Shown: positions 13,160 to 25,915 of the stretch, piece by piece
Numbering within the stretch: the first letter of the stretch is position 1
How the letters are laid out: each line of letters starts with the position of its first letter
Assembly: GCF_006345805.1 (NCBI RefSeq)
Contig: NC_042999.1
Location: forward strand, 39,432,001 to 39,496,000
Length of the DNA stretch: 64,000 bases
Direction: 5' to 3'
Source: Octopus sinensis
Lineage: Eukaryota
Notes under the pieces: generated by a model
The model's database searches: none
What the model saw: the letters and a program-made list of their open reading frames with translations, nothing else
What the model was told of the DNA's origin: nothing
Translations under genes and position numbers: made by a program

Positions 13160-13879
13160 ATAATTAGATATATTTGAGTGGAATTAGTACGTTTGATTTT
13201 TTTTTATATCATTGAACCAACTAAATATTTCCAAGGAATTAGGCCATAAATGTAAATGCTTTTAAATAATAAATTTAGTAATCTTACCGATATCTGATTT
13301 GGACAGATATATTAGTCTAACTTGGGGATTCGTATGCATTAATATTGCTTAATCTATGCCAACAGTTTTGCTTCATTAATTGGCATTCTTTTATTTGCTA
13401 CATAAAATGACAATTGCCTATAAGTTTTGTAATCCACTAAAACACCTTCCTGAACACTTATGCAACGTAATTTGTTTCTTTCCTAAATACCAAATTGATG
13501 TTTAAAACTAAAACTACACTGCTACTATTTAATCCAACAAACAAAATATAGATAATCTTCTCGTTACATTATTCTAACATTCCAAAATTTTCCAATAATC
13601 AATAGATATTAAATGCATATGTTAAAGATATTTTTTACTAAATAAGAGGAAATTATATTGTTGTTTTATCTTTCTTCTATACTTCATAAAACTTCGCTTG
13701 AAAACTTCAGTAGCAATAGCAAAGAATAAATCCAGTATGTCATCTATGCAAGGTTCTTTTACATATATTGGTTGCGCGTAGTTTACAAAGAATACTTGTT
13801 CTTAAATTACGGACAGTTAGCGGAAGGCCACACATGGAAATTCAACAGCAAAGTACAAAATTCGTTTTGCTTATATGAA

Positions 13880-14370
13880 ATGCAATGACTAAATTCTTTT
13901 GTTAGGGAAGGAATCATTGTGTAACTTTCAGGAGCGGACAACAGTGCACAAAGCAGTCACATAAGATACTACCAGACTAAAGTATTGATGGCAGATTACT
14001 ACTGGAGATTGAAGAGAGACATTCCAGAAACTGCGCCGTAGAGATCATCAATAAAGAGGCCATCTAGCAGTAGTAGCCTGATTAAAATTAGTAGGGAATT
14101 TTTTATCACCAAACTTAATTCTTACATGCCAATGTGCATTTTCTCTCAGAACTTTATGTTCTGATTTATTTGACATATTGTCCATTAAAATTGCATCTAT
14201 GAATATTTAATTCTTTTTTTATGAGCAAAACTAAAAGATTTCATGTCACAAAAATCTTATGTGATAGGGAACAATCTGGTGCTTGATTACGATTTAGCAC
14301 CTCACCAAAGTTAGCAAAAAAACTATTGATAAACTTTATGCCAGGAAACATATGTTAACTGGTGCTATAT
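13880..14370 (+). mobile_element. Chapaev/CMC-like DNA transposon 3' remnant
   Basis: LMADYYWRLKRDIP near 13990-14030 resembles the MMADYCWxLKRD C-terminal motif of Chapaev3-type transposases. Confidence 0.55.
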
Positions 14371-14699
14371 ATATCACTCTCTTCAAACCAGACATAATTA
14401 CTAGTTTAATTTTTGTCAGATCAACCATGGCAGAAATTATGATAACGCAATAAAATTACATCATTTGCCATATCTGTAGCACACATCTATTTGCAAATCT
14501 GGCTCTATGTTGCGAGATTTTTTGCACGCAAAGTCCACAATCGAATTGAAGGCTCCTGGCAGGAATATTCCATCCATATTAATGAAAGAGAAGTGCACTC
14601 ATAATGTTTTGTCATTTTAAAGACACATTTCATGTGACGAATTCTAGACCTGGGCGATGAAATTGATTTGAGTGCCATCTCCAGAAGGCTTCCGATATC

Positions 14700-15530
14700 G
14701 GAGGGACTATCACTACACAGTGCACGAGGACATTTCCATAAAGATCGTATGTAATGAACGGAGTTCAATTTATTGAGAAAAACAAAAAGATCCGTTCCAA
14801 ACGATTAGTTAACTAGAGTAAACACTATTAGCAATGTAGCATGCTTTGGTTCTTCTATAATGACAAAATCTTCGATCAAGGCAGATGGTTATGTGCAGAT
14901 TATTTTGGTGTTCCCAGAGTGGTGCCATCAAAGTTTCCATCAAGTAAGCTTCCAATCTTGGTTGTAGGATTGATGATTTGCGAAGGTGTGCCATACCATA
15001 TCACATCTCTCCACTTAATCTAAGACCAATGATGTTGGATACGTTAAGATGCTGGAGACAGTTAATAAGCTACAGATGGATAAGATACAAAGTAGAAGGA
15101 CAGACGAATTAAACAAAACTCAGCACAATCTCATAACGACAACGTAACTAGAATTTATCGTAGATAACACAATAATGTAACACAAACATTGTGGATTCCA
15201 ATCTTACTAAATTTAAATCCAGTGGATTGAATTGTGTGGAGTGCTGTCGAAAGGGACAGAGATCGATATTTCCTCAATAGTTATAGGAGCTCAGATTGTT
15301 ACCATTTTCCAAGTGATTTTGTTAAGAATAAATAGAATTTAGGCCAGGCATCTGAAAGATGTTGTTCTATATTCAAGCAGTCATCGAATGTGAAGATGAA
15401 CTCATAAAATAATCTGATTCGAAACGTTATCGAGTACGTGTGTAAAATTGCATATTGAAATGCATTTGATTTAGTCTAGATTTCAAATAACTTTTAACCT
15501 ACCAAATATTTACCCACATACCTCATGCTT
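14700..15530 (+). mobile_element. Tc1/mariner transposase remnant
   Basis: WLCADYFGVPRVVPSKFP...EGVPYH, then a decayed NPxD..VWS.VER segment near 15200-15260. Related to the 32510-32940 fragment. Confidence 0.6.
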
Positions 15531-15668
15531 ATATATGTATATGCGTCATTGCTACGACTGTATGTATATGCATAAGTGTATGTAAATGTATAAGTGTATA
15601 CATGTAAATATATTTATATATATACTACAGTTTTATATTTAAGAGATGAAGAATTATGTACATTAATT

Positions 15669-16005
15669 GCATGGCTCAGTGGTTAGAGCGTCGAGCTTAC
15701 GATCGTGAGGTTGTGAGCTCGAATCCCGGACCGGGCTGCGTGTTGTGTTCTCGAGCAAGGCACTTTATTTCACGTTGCTCCAGTTCACTCAGCTGTAGAA
15801 GTGAGTTGCGACGTCACTGGTGCCAAGCTGTATCGACTTTGTCTTTCCCTTGGATAACACTGGTGGCGTGGAGAGGGGAGGCTGGTATGCATGGGCGACT
15901 GCTGGCCTTCCATAAAAACAACCTTGCCCAGACTTGTGTCTAGGAGGGTAACTTTCTAGGTGCAATCCCATGGTCATTCATGACCGAAGGGGGTCTTTAC
16001 CCTTT
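15669..16005 (+). mobile_element. tRNA-derived SINE
   Basis: TGGCTCAGTGG (A box) and gagctcgaatccc (B box), then a conserved-looking gtgttgtgttctcgagcaaggcactt central domain. Confidence 0.85.
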
Positions 16006-16009
16006 AATT

Positions 16010-16148
16010 GCATTATTCATATTTGATGGATATCTGTCCTCATCTTGTTTGTTAACACTATATTTCAGCTGATATACCCTCCAGCATTGATCAGGAATCT
16101 TGGGGAAATTTCAAACCTGGTCCACATTCCTAAGGTATATTTCCATGT
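16010..16148 (-). mobile_element. Degenerate 3' tail of the hammerhead-bearing SINE (family A); its (TAA)n tract hosts the LINE nest
   Basis: gtcctcatcttgtttgttaacac...gctgatataccctccagc...cttggggaaatttc...attcctaaggtat matches 3165-3260; HHR core is mutated. Confidence 0.75.
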
Positions 16149-16153
16149 TATTA

Positions 16154-16212
<59 letters not shown>

Positions 16213-16213
<1 letters not shown>

Positions 16214-18356
16214 TATGTTTGACTTTTGCTTTATATTTGTACAAGTTGGCTCCAAGTCTCACCCAGAGACCTCAAGAGACAACAGGGTTGGAAGTTCATG
16301 TTGTTGTTATGCCTAGTGTGCCATATATTTGGGGGGTGGGGATGTTGTACTAATGAATGTCTAAAAAAAAAAAATTTTTTTTTTTTTTTTTTAAACCGAA
16401 AATTATGTTTGTTTTAAACCTTGAGATTACATAGAGAGTATTTTGCGTAGGATATGAGCAGTTCCCATGAGCACTATCTTTTGAACTTCTGCCATTTTTG
16501 GGTTTCCTGGTATCTGAGTTAGGTAGCTATCAGCCCCTTTTGCTATCATTCCCAGGGCACCTATGACAACAGGTATTGTTTTAGTCTTCAGCTTCCACAT
16601 TTTGCTGATTTCTATTTCAAGATCTTTATATTTGCTCAGTTTTTGGTAGGTCTTGACAGATACGTTTATATCGATTGGGACAGTCATATCAATGAGGAGG
16701 CATGTTCTTTGTTTGAAGTTTTTCAATATGATGTCTGGCCTATTTGCATCTATCTTCCTGTCAGTTTGAATGGTGAAGTTCCAGAGGAGTGAGATGTGGT
16801 CATTTTCAAGCACTGGGGGTGGTTTATGTTCCCACCAGTTTTTTTCATGGGGCAAATCCAGGTTTTTACAGATTACCCAGTGAATATATTGTGCAGCTCT
16901 ATCGTGCCTGTTGAGATACTCTGTAGGCGCTAGAAGACTGCACTTGGAGACCACATGGTCAATGGTTTCATTTTGTTGCTTGCATACACGACACGTTGGA
17001 CTGCTTCTGATCTTTAATATGTTGGCCTGGTAGTTTCTTGTTGGTAGGCATTGATCTTGAGCTGCTATGATAAACCCCTCTGTTTCAGATTTTAAGCCAG
17101 AGGCCATTAGCCATTGATGGGTCAGGGCTTTGTCGATATCTGCATTATTCGCTCTCTTTGGGTATTTGCCATAGAGAGGTTTTTCTTGCCATTTATTATT
17201 CAGAATATCTAAGGCCGCAGTTTTGGCACGGGTTTTCATGCGCCTAGCTTTTTCTGTGCTTGTTTCTTGTATATCTATCTCTAATTCCGAAATTGGTTGT
17301 ATTCGGAATTCACTTAGATATTCCTTTGCCTGTTTTGTGACTGAGTATGATGCTTTCTTGTTTTCATGTTTTGAGACAAGTTTTAGCATCCAGTCCTCAG
17401 ACTTTTTCAGGTAGGTGTCTAGGCCAATTGTAGCAATCTTCATTGTTATTGCCAGTTGCAAAAGACCACGGCCTCCCTCTTTTCTTGGCAGATAGAGTCG
17501 TTCTGTATCTGCCTTAGGGTGGTGCATTCTATGCATTGTCAACAGTTTCCTTATTTTTCTGTCGAGCTGACATATTTCAGTAATTGACCAGTTAACAATA
17601 TTGAAACTGTAAGTCACGACTGGTATAGCTAATGCATTGATTGCTTCGATCCTGTTTCTTGCATTCAGCTCTGTCTTGAGTATTGCTCTCACTCTTCGAT
17701 AGCATTCTCTCCTGATCCTTTCCTTCATCTCTGAATGCCTTATTCCGTTCCCTTCAATTATCCCTAGGTACTTGTAGCTCTCCGCTGGGTCTAGTTCTTT
17801 TATGACATTCTGTTGGTCAAGGTTAACGTTAGATGTTTCTGTCATTTTTCCTTTGATAAAGGTAGCCTTTGCACATTTATCGAGGCCGAATTGCATTCTG
17901 ATGTCGTCACTGAATTGTTTGACTATCGCTAGTAAGCCCTTGAGTTGTTGATCATTTTTTGCAAAAAGCTTTAAATCATCCATGTAAACGAGATGATTTA
18001 TATTTTTATCAAACATTTTATACCCGTACTGCGCATCATTGAGCAGCTTTGAGAGAGGTATTAAGGATAAACAAAAGAGGAGTGGTGACAGTGAGTCACC
18101 CTGGAAAATGCCACACGAAATTTTTACATCACCAGCATTTAGGGATTCACTGTCACTGTTCAGAGTTAGTGTGGTTCTCCATGATCTCATACTTACAGTC
18201 AAGAAGTTTCGCAGAGTTGGTGCTATCTTATACATTTCAAGGCATTTCCTAATCCAGCTATGTGGTAGGCTATCAAAAGCCTTTTTATAGTCTATCCAGG
18301 CTATTGATAAGTTTTTGTGTCGTTTGTGACAATCTTCTAAGATCATCTTATTGATG

Positions 18357-18358
<2 letters not shown>
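16213..18358 (-). mobile_element. R4/Dong-like non-LTR retrotransposon, 5'-truncated, in a (TAA)n microsatellite
   Basis: (TTA)n on both flanks of the + strand; ~210-bp 3' UTR; truncation just upstream of the IDYKKAFDS motif. Confidence 0.9.
16427..18346 (-). CDS. Reverse transcriptase + CCHC knuckle + restriction-like (PD-D/ExK) endonuclease, open for 639 aa
   Basis: WIDYKKAFDS, GIFQGDSLSPLLF, YMDD, YKYLG, CRVC...HVVSKC, RHD, RPDII...IDMTVP...KLSKYKDL. Confidence 0.95.
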   Translation of the reverse strand: MILEDCHKRHKNLSIAWIDYKKAFDSLPHSWIRKCLEMYKIAPTLRNFLTVSMRSWRTTLTLNSDSESLNAGDVKISCGIFQGDSLSPLLFCLSLIPLSKLLNDAQYGYKMFDKNINHLVYMDDLKLFAKNDQQLKGLLAIVKQFSDDIRMQFGLDKCAKATFIKGKMTETSNVNLDQQNVIKELDPAESYKYLGIIEGNGIRHSEMKERIRRECYRRVRAILKTELNARNRIEAINALAIPVVTYSFNIVNWSITEICQLDRKIRKLLTMHRMHHPKADTERLYLPRKEGGRGLLQLAITMKIATIGLDTYLKKSEDWMLKLVSKHENKKASYSVTKQAKEYLSEFRIQPISELEIDIQETSTEKARRMKTRAKTAALDILNNKWQEKPLYGKYPKRANNADIDKALTHQWLMASGLKSETEGFIIAAQDQCLPTRNYQANILKIRSSPTCRVCKQQNETIDHVVSKCSLLAPTEYLNRHDRAAQYIHWVICKNLDLPHEKNWWEHKPPPVLENDHISLLWNFTIQTDRKIDANRPDIILKNFKQRTCLLIDMTVPIDINVSVKTYQKLSKYKDLEIEISKMWKLKTKTIPVVIGALGMIAKGADSYLTQIPGNPKMAEVQKIVLMGTAHILRKILSM

Positions 18359-18413
<55 letters not shown>

Positions 18414-20027
18414 GAGTGAGCGAGCAGAGCATGCCATCAAAGTGACACTGGGGTAAAATATACGAAGCCTAGTATACCCATCATGACTACCCGTTTGATA
18501 AGGGTACACCAGGCACATGCATCACAACCATATGTGCGCGACATGGTGATCTCATATCAAGATAAACAGCACATGACCGTGCAGGTGGAACCCAGTTAGA
18601 ATTTTCTTCAGATCGAGTAACCCATCCCGCTCAAAAGGCCCCTGAATAAGGGTTGTTTAAGGACGTTGAACGAAACACCCATGTTTCCAGAGGTGAATTA
18701 TTCAAACCCCAAAGAATCCTTCTCAACACATGGCTATGATGCTCCCCATTACTTCTGCTCGTGATCAGAGATGCACATATCGTCAGCCACTAAGGGACAT
18801 CTCAACTGGTTAAGGTCAAAACAACTGACAAGCAAATCTGTGGTATTGAGCAGAATATTTGCTGTAGCTCATCTTTTATACCAAGACAAAACAATGTACA
18901 TGATAACACTTCCAATCAGTTAAGATCAGAAGCCATTATTATTATTATTATTATTGAGTGAGCGAGCAGAGCATGCCATCAAAGTGACACTGGGGTAAAA
19001 TATACGAAGCCCAGTATACCCATCATGACTACCCGTCCGATAAGGGCACACCAGGCACATGCATCACAACCATATGTGCGCGACATGGTGATCTCATATC
19101 AAGATAAACAGCACATGACCTTGCAGGTGGAGCCCAGTTAGAATTTTCTTCAGATCGAGTAACCCATCCCGCTCAAAAGGTCCCTGAATAAGGGCTGTCC
19201 AAGGACGTTGAACCCACGTTTCCAGAGGTGAATTATTCAAACCCCAAAGAATCCCTCTCAACATATGGCTATGATGCTCCCCCACTACTTCTGCTCGTGA
19301 TCGGAGATGCACATATCGTCAGCCACTAAGGGACATACTCAACTGGTTAAGGTCAAACAACTGACAAGCAAATCTGTGGTATTGAGCAGAATATTTGCTG
19401 TAGCCCATCTTTTATACCAAGACAAAACAATGTACATGATAACACTTCCAATCAGTTAAGATCAGAAGCCATTATTATTATTATTATTATTGAGTGAGCG
19501 AGCAGAGCATGCCATCAAAGTGACACTGGGGTAAAATATACGAAGCCCAGTATACCCATCATGACTACCCGTCCGATAAGGGCACGCCAGGCACATGCAT
19601 CACAACCATATGTGCGCGACATGGTGATCTCATATCAAGATAAACAGCACATGACCTTGCAGGTGGAGCCCAGTTAGAATTTTCTTCAGATCGAGTAACC
19701 CATCCCGCTCAAAAGGTCCCTGAATAAGGGCTGTCCAAGGACGTTGAACCCACGTTTCCAGAGGTGAATTATTCAAACCCCAAAGAATCCCTCTCAACAT
19801 ATGGCTATGATGCTCCCCCACTACTTCTGCTCGTGATCGGAGATGCACATATCGTCAGCCACTAAGGGACATACTCAACTGGTTAAGGTCAAACAACTGA
19901 CAAGCAAATCTGTGGTATTGAGCAGAATATTTGCTGTAGCCCATCTTTTATACCAAGACAAAACAATGTTATATTTGCTGTAGCCCATCTTTTATACCAT
20001 ATATTTGCTGTAGCCCATCTTTTATAC

Positions 20028-20030
<3 letters not shown>
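18414..20030 (-). repeat. Three tandem copies of a ~520-bp non-coding retroposon-like unit separated by (ATT)7
   Basis: Units start at 18414, 18956 and 19492 (periods 542 and 536). Copies 2 and 3 are nearly identical, copy 1 is more diverged. Copy 3 ends in two extra 30-bp repeats (19971-20030). Confidence 0.9.
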
Positions 20031-20080
<50 letters not shown>

Positions 20081-20121
20081 TATTATTATTATAATTATTA
20101 CTATTATTATTATTATTATTA

Positions 20122-20477
20122 TATGTTTGACTTTTGCTTTACATTTGCACAAGCTGGCTCCAAGTCTCACCCAGTGACCTCAACAGACAACAAGTTTGAA
20201 GTTCATGTTGGTGTTATGACTAGGGTGCCATATATTCGGTTTTGTACTTAGTGTTGTACTAGTGAATGCCTAAAAAAGCATACGAAAATTATGTTTGTTT
20301 TAAAACTTGAGATTACATAGGAAGTATTTTGCGTAGGATATGAGCAATTCCCATGAGCACTATCATTTGAATTCCTGCCTTTTTGAGTTTCCTGGTATCT
20401 GAGTTAGGTAGCAATCAGCTCCTTTTGCTATAATTCCCAGGGCACCTATGACAACAGGTATTGTTTTAGTCTTCAGG
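20122..20477 (-). mobile_element. 3' fragment of the same R4/Dong-like LINE, in (TAA)n
   Basis: Matches 16214-16590 (3' UTR and ORF C-terminus); (TTA)n on both sides. Confidence 0.9.
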
Positions 20478-21123
20478 TTATTATTATTATTATCATTATT
20501 ATCATTATTATTATTATTATTGTTGTTGTTGTTATTATTATTATCATTATTATTATTATTATTGTTGTAATTATTATTACTATTATTGTTGTTGTTGTTG
20601 TTGTTGTTGTTATTATTATTGTTATTTATTCGTGTATTCCATAATAATTGATTGTCATGTATTTTCTCTCCCGATATAAGGTAGTATATCCTAGACGCTG
20701 CTTGTGTTTCATAGAATTATAACTTTGTACGATTTCTTTAAGATGGTGTACTCCGAAAATAATCCTATGTTGATACAATAATTTGTTTTCCTTCTTCATT
20801 TGAGACTTGTCTAAGGTTTCTGTCTGGCTGAAATATATCTGTATATATGAATAGCAGGCTGAATGTGTTGTAATACAAAATGCAACAATACATGCTGTAT
20901 TATAAATGTCCAAAGATAGCAGCAATAAGAAAACATCTTACTTTCTTTCACAATTATTTATAGGCTTAAAGGCAAATGAGGATGACACATAAGATCACAA
21001 TCATCCATCAATACTTCCTCTTCCTGTCTATATTTCCCGTTAAATGACAAACACGTTATGTATATGTATGTTTATTTATGCATACATATATAAATATAAA
21101 GGTATATGTTACACATATGTGCG

Positions 21124-21188
<65 letters not shown>

Positions 21189-23224
21189 CTATGTCATAAA
21201 TATGTGTGTATATGTATATAAAGTTACAAAAAACAAACAATTTTTTTACAGTATGAAATATATAGAAAGTTAGAGATTACTATTTTATTCATATATTTTC
21301 ACTCATTGTACTTCAGTCAGGTTGACTTGACACTCTAATGGTTTTAGTTGATTGAACCAGTCCCAGAATATATTGTAATTTTGATACCTCGCCATCTATA
21401 TGTATATTGCCGGACAGTTTATCTATGGGAGTGTAAGCAATCCAATACTAGATTTCAAGGAATAAGACTCAACATCAACAATACATATACGTACAACCGC
21501 AGACAGGCACCCACGCACCCACTCACAAACATATGTACATACATGCGTACGTGGCTATATACATGCAAAAATATTTTCTTCATGTTGGCAATGAAGTTCA
21601 TCTTTATTCCGGCGACAACATTTCAATTGGATACATACTAGGGTCTGTAGATGCTGGTGATATTAAAGTAAGCCATTAATGTAACTCGTAATTTGTTAGT
21701 GGATGCCCTGAAGTTTTATGTTATCAGTGCTAACAATGCTAAAACAAAAACAGCTGGAAGCAATTTCATTTGGGCTGATATAAGAATATTCACATTTGAT
21801 TTTCGAACGTGCAAAATCAGTCAGACACAAAACTGATGGTTCAATGGCCTCAATATCTCACCTGTATGACACAAAGTATGCTAGTAGTAACTAGGTATCG
21901 ATAAAACTATATCATACGAAGGAAATGTGAAGGAAGGCAGAGTGACCCAAGAATATTATACCAGACTTAGAAAAATATAACATTCGAGATATTTTTACAA
22001 CGATACAATATCTCACAAAGGATTTGCAGTACCTCTGTTGATTCTACCATTTAGTATACTTAACTGATCTGTAGAGACATCCTCTTCACACACCTTAAAA
22101 CTCGCATGATCCTGACATCAACTGGAAATCTCGACAGGATTAGTAATATAAGAGGCTCTATCTACGAAGAGTCGAAGGAGAGAAAGAGATAGCGGCTTGA
22201 GATAAGTGATGACAGCCTTCGAATATCGGATAATACCTCTCCAACGGCACTTGCTAAATAATTGCAGCAAAACTAAATGCATTAACTTAGTATTGAAAAG
22301 TGATAATAACAATATCCATCATAGTGACAATGAGCTTCTCAAAAGCACTCTTTCTTGATGATATCGCGTAAAACTTCAAAAGAGTCAAAGAATACCTCGA
22401 TATGAAACGATCAGCATACCAAAGAAAGACTATGCCTGTGTATGGTTCCCGAATACCTGACGAGTACAGTAATATCGATATGAAGCGTAGTACCTATTGG
22501 ACACAGGCCCGATACACCTTATCACATTTCCAAGGCTAATGCATTTGTAATCCCAAAACAGGAGATTGCTACGAAATACCTAATACACAAAGGAAGCAGC
22601 GAAGCCATTGGGATTGTGCAAATGTAGATTATGTCTTATTCACGCGGAATACATCAGACATTGGATTATGAGCTGCCTAAGATTCAACATCATACTACCA
22701 CCTAGGCGACACTTCGTTGTTGCAAAAACAATATACAATGATATTCGGAAAATAGACTGTCCTGAAATAATTATATAAATTCCCCTTGTTATTAAATAAA
22801 CACACGAACATCAACAAGGAATGCTGTTACAACATTCTAATCGAAACATTATTCAAGTATAAGCATATCAGGCCGTATATTGTTATTTGGCACTGTCAAA
22901 AAAAATGCATGTACAGATCAGCTGAATATAGTTTTGAAAATCAAAGAGAAAGAGGATAACAAAGAACAACAGCTTCGAGACCACAGCCTCTACGGCCATA
23001 CTATGATTTCACATTTATATCAGTCACAATTGTTGAGTGAGCATCTGGGTTATCGAAGGTTTTCAGAAAAAGAAATCAATCAGCTAACTTCCCCATCATA
23101 ATTGAAATCTTCAAGTTGAATAGCAAAATATCCCAGATTTTTTTCAAGTTTAAAATGTGACATTGTTTTTGTAATCAATATCCCAATGATGGACATTATA
23201 TATATACACATATATATATATATA

Positions 23225-25632
23225 TAACTTAGAATAACTTAGAAAGGTTTTGGCCAGTATTGGCCCAGGCCTAACTTAATAGCACCACATTAACTTAATA
23301 GCACCACCTGGAGAAGTCTTTCAATTCAGGATTTGGGCACCGAGGCCCATTCGAGCAGAGAGTTATTGTTTGCGGAGACATATCCGGGTGAGGGTGGTTT
23401 GTCCGGGACTGTTTGAAGGAATTTGTCCAAAGACTTCTTGAATTTTGTGTGGTCAGTTTCTGTTTTGACGTGTCCTGGTGTAATGTTGAAGAGAGCGGGT
23501 CCAATCGAGGTGAAATAGTTGTGCCGTATTGTCGTTATGTGATGCGATTTAAATTTTTGTTGTGGACGGATGGCACGTGGTCCAAGCCTTGGATGTACTT
23601 TGAAGGTGATGCCAACATCATTCGGACAGTACTGATGGAATATTTTCCACATCATATAGATAATGTAGCGTTCACGGCGTCGTTGGAGTGAATACAGTTT
23701 CAGCTTCTCTAGTCTACTCCAGTAGTCAAGGTCTGACATGCCATATATCTTTTTTGTGATTGACCTTTGGGGAGCTTCAATTCTCATAATATTTTGTTTT
23801 GTGTAGGGAGACCACAGTGGACACCATTATTCAAGGTGGGGTCGGGCAAAAGTGGAGAAGAGAAGGATAATAGTGTGGGAATCTCTCGACTGGAAAGTTC
23901 TGAGAATCCAGGAACACATTCTGCGGGCCATGTCAACTTTGCTGCTTATATGTGTAGCCCAGCTTATGTTGTTGTCCACTGTTACTCCCAAGTCTCTGAT
24001 GTTGTTGGATGCCATGAGAATTTCTCCAGAAGGAAGGGAGTATGGGAGTTTCAGAGCGTCCTCCCTTCCAAAGTGGATCAGTTCGAATTTGTCTTCGTTT
24101 AGCAACATGTTGTTCTTTTCCACCCATTGGACAACAGCCAGTAGGTCTGACTGGAGGCATATTCGGTCATCCACGACATTGATGACCTTCTGGAGCTTGG
24201 AATCATCAGCGAAGGTTCTCATGTTACTGTGTTTGATGGGGTCAGTAATATCATTTATGTAGATGATGAAGAGAAGTGGGCCCAAAACAGTGCGTTGTGG
24301 GATATCACTGCTGACTTTGGCTGGGCTGGATTTGACTCCTTCGACTACAACATGTTGGGTTCTGGTAGACAGGAAGCACTTGATCCACTTCAGTAGCTTT
24401 CCAGTGACACCAATATTGGACAGCTTTCTCAAAAGGATCATATGACCAACCCTGTCAAAGGCCTTGCTGAAATCAAGGTAGATGACATCAGTGTTGGAAC
24501 CATCTCCCAAGGGTCTCAAAATGTTATCAAAATGATGCAGTAGCTGCGTCAGGCAATCTTTTCCATTACGGAATCCATGCTGGTTTGAGTTCAGCATATT
24601 ATGACTCTCAAGGAAGTGAGTCATACGCGATCTCAGCACTCTCTCAAATACCTTAATGATATGAGAGGTGAGTGAGATTGGATGGTAATTCACGGCAAGC
24701 GATTTGTTTCCTTTTTTGAAAACTGGGACAACAGACTGGGATAGAAGGTCTTCTGGTATATATCCTGCATCCAGTGAGTTCCGCCACATATTGGCTAGAG
24801 GGGGTGCAAGTTGGTTTTGACACATCTTCAAGACACAAGCAGGAAACCTATCGGGACCTACTGCTGAATTATGCTTCATTTCTTTTATTGCTGCTAAAAC
24901 ATCAGGAGCGCCAAAGGTTATGTCCGATAAAGTGTATTGGGGAGTAACATCACTGATACAGCCCAGATCAGTCATATCAGGATTGCTGAAAACAGAGCAA
25001 TATTGTTTCTGCAATATCTCTCCCATGGTTTTGGCATTGTCTTGAAGAGTACCATTTTCATCAATCAGAGGGCCAACAGTAGAACCAGTGACTCTGTGCT
25101 TTTTTGCAAATGAAATGAATACTTTGGGATTGAGTTTGATCTTCTCAATGGCCCAGGCCTCTTCAGCTCTTCGCTGACTATTGATGATAGACATCATGTT
25201 GTTTTGGAGTTTATGTTTTTTAATCTCTAGCGACGAGATGGCAGACAGGTTGGTGTGTTGCTGTTGACAGTATTTCAGCTTGTTGATTTTTTTGTTAATT
25301 CTTTTAATTTTCCTGATGAGAAATTTTCTATTTCTAGGGATTCGACACTTAGATTTGTTTGCAGATCTTAATGGGGTGTGTTTTGCACATATGTTCGTAA
25401 TGGTGTCTACAAATGACTGCCAGGACTTTTTGGTGTTAGTGGGTGTGTATGTGTGCATGAAGGACCAATCGACTTGTGCAAGATCATTATTGATCGCTTC
25501 CCAGTTTGCATTGTGGAAATCCATAGTGTCAAATGGATGAACAGGAGGGATGACATTTGTTTTGCATTTTGGCCGGTGAAATCTCAGATCACAGAGAACC
25601 ATGTCATGATCAGTGAGTAGGGTTTTCCCCAC
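23225..25632 (-). mobile_element. CR1/L2-group LINE, 5'-truncated; ORF2 broken by one nonsense codon
   Basis: DHDMV (end of APE), PISLTSHIIKVFER, QHGFR, YLDFSKAFD, GPLLFIIYIND, FADD, RDLGV. ORFs 23827-25632 and 23326-23787 are in the same frame, separated by one TAA. Short repeated 3' tail. Confidence 0.92.
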
Positions 25633-25844
25633 TGCAATATACTTTCAGCGAAGAAAACGTTTGCTAGTTGTTGCTTATATCTGCCATGTGTCTAAACTTG
25701 AATGGATATATTAAGAATAAAAAATGCAATTACAGGATGCTCTATGTTGTGTAAATAATATTTCTTGTCGGTTCACGGATATTAAACTTTCGCTGAAAGT
25801 TTAAATAAAGCAAGCGGCTTGGTTTAGGTTGAAATATCCGATTC

Positions 25845-25915
25845 CCTTAACTGACGAGACACTCGTCCCAAAAACCCGTATGCTAATGAGACGAAAGTGT
25901 CGAATACAGTGTTAT
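25845..25915 (+). ncRNA. Degenerate hammerhead-like motif
   Basis: CTGACGA (25851), long stem II GACACT-CGTC...GACG-aa-AGTGTC, then GAATAC instead of GAAAC. Confidence 0.3.

Noticed and set aside
18414-20030. CRISPR-like or viral repeat array; identical 72-aa ORFs at 19094 and 19630
   Set aside because: Units are ~520 bp with no unique spacers. The ORF is disrupted in copy 1 and has no recognisable motif, so its identity reflects recent duplication.
21600-22750. Possible pogo/Tigger or other transposase remnant (LEKYNIRDIF)
   Set aside because: Only one short, weak motif, with no TIRs or continuous frame.
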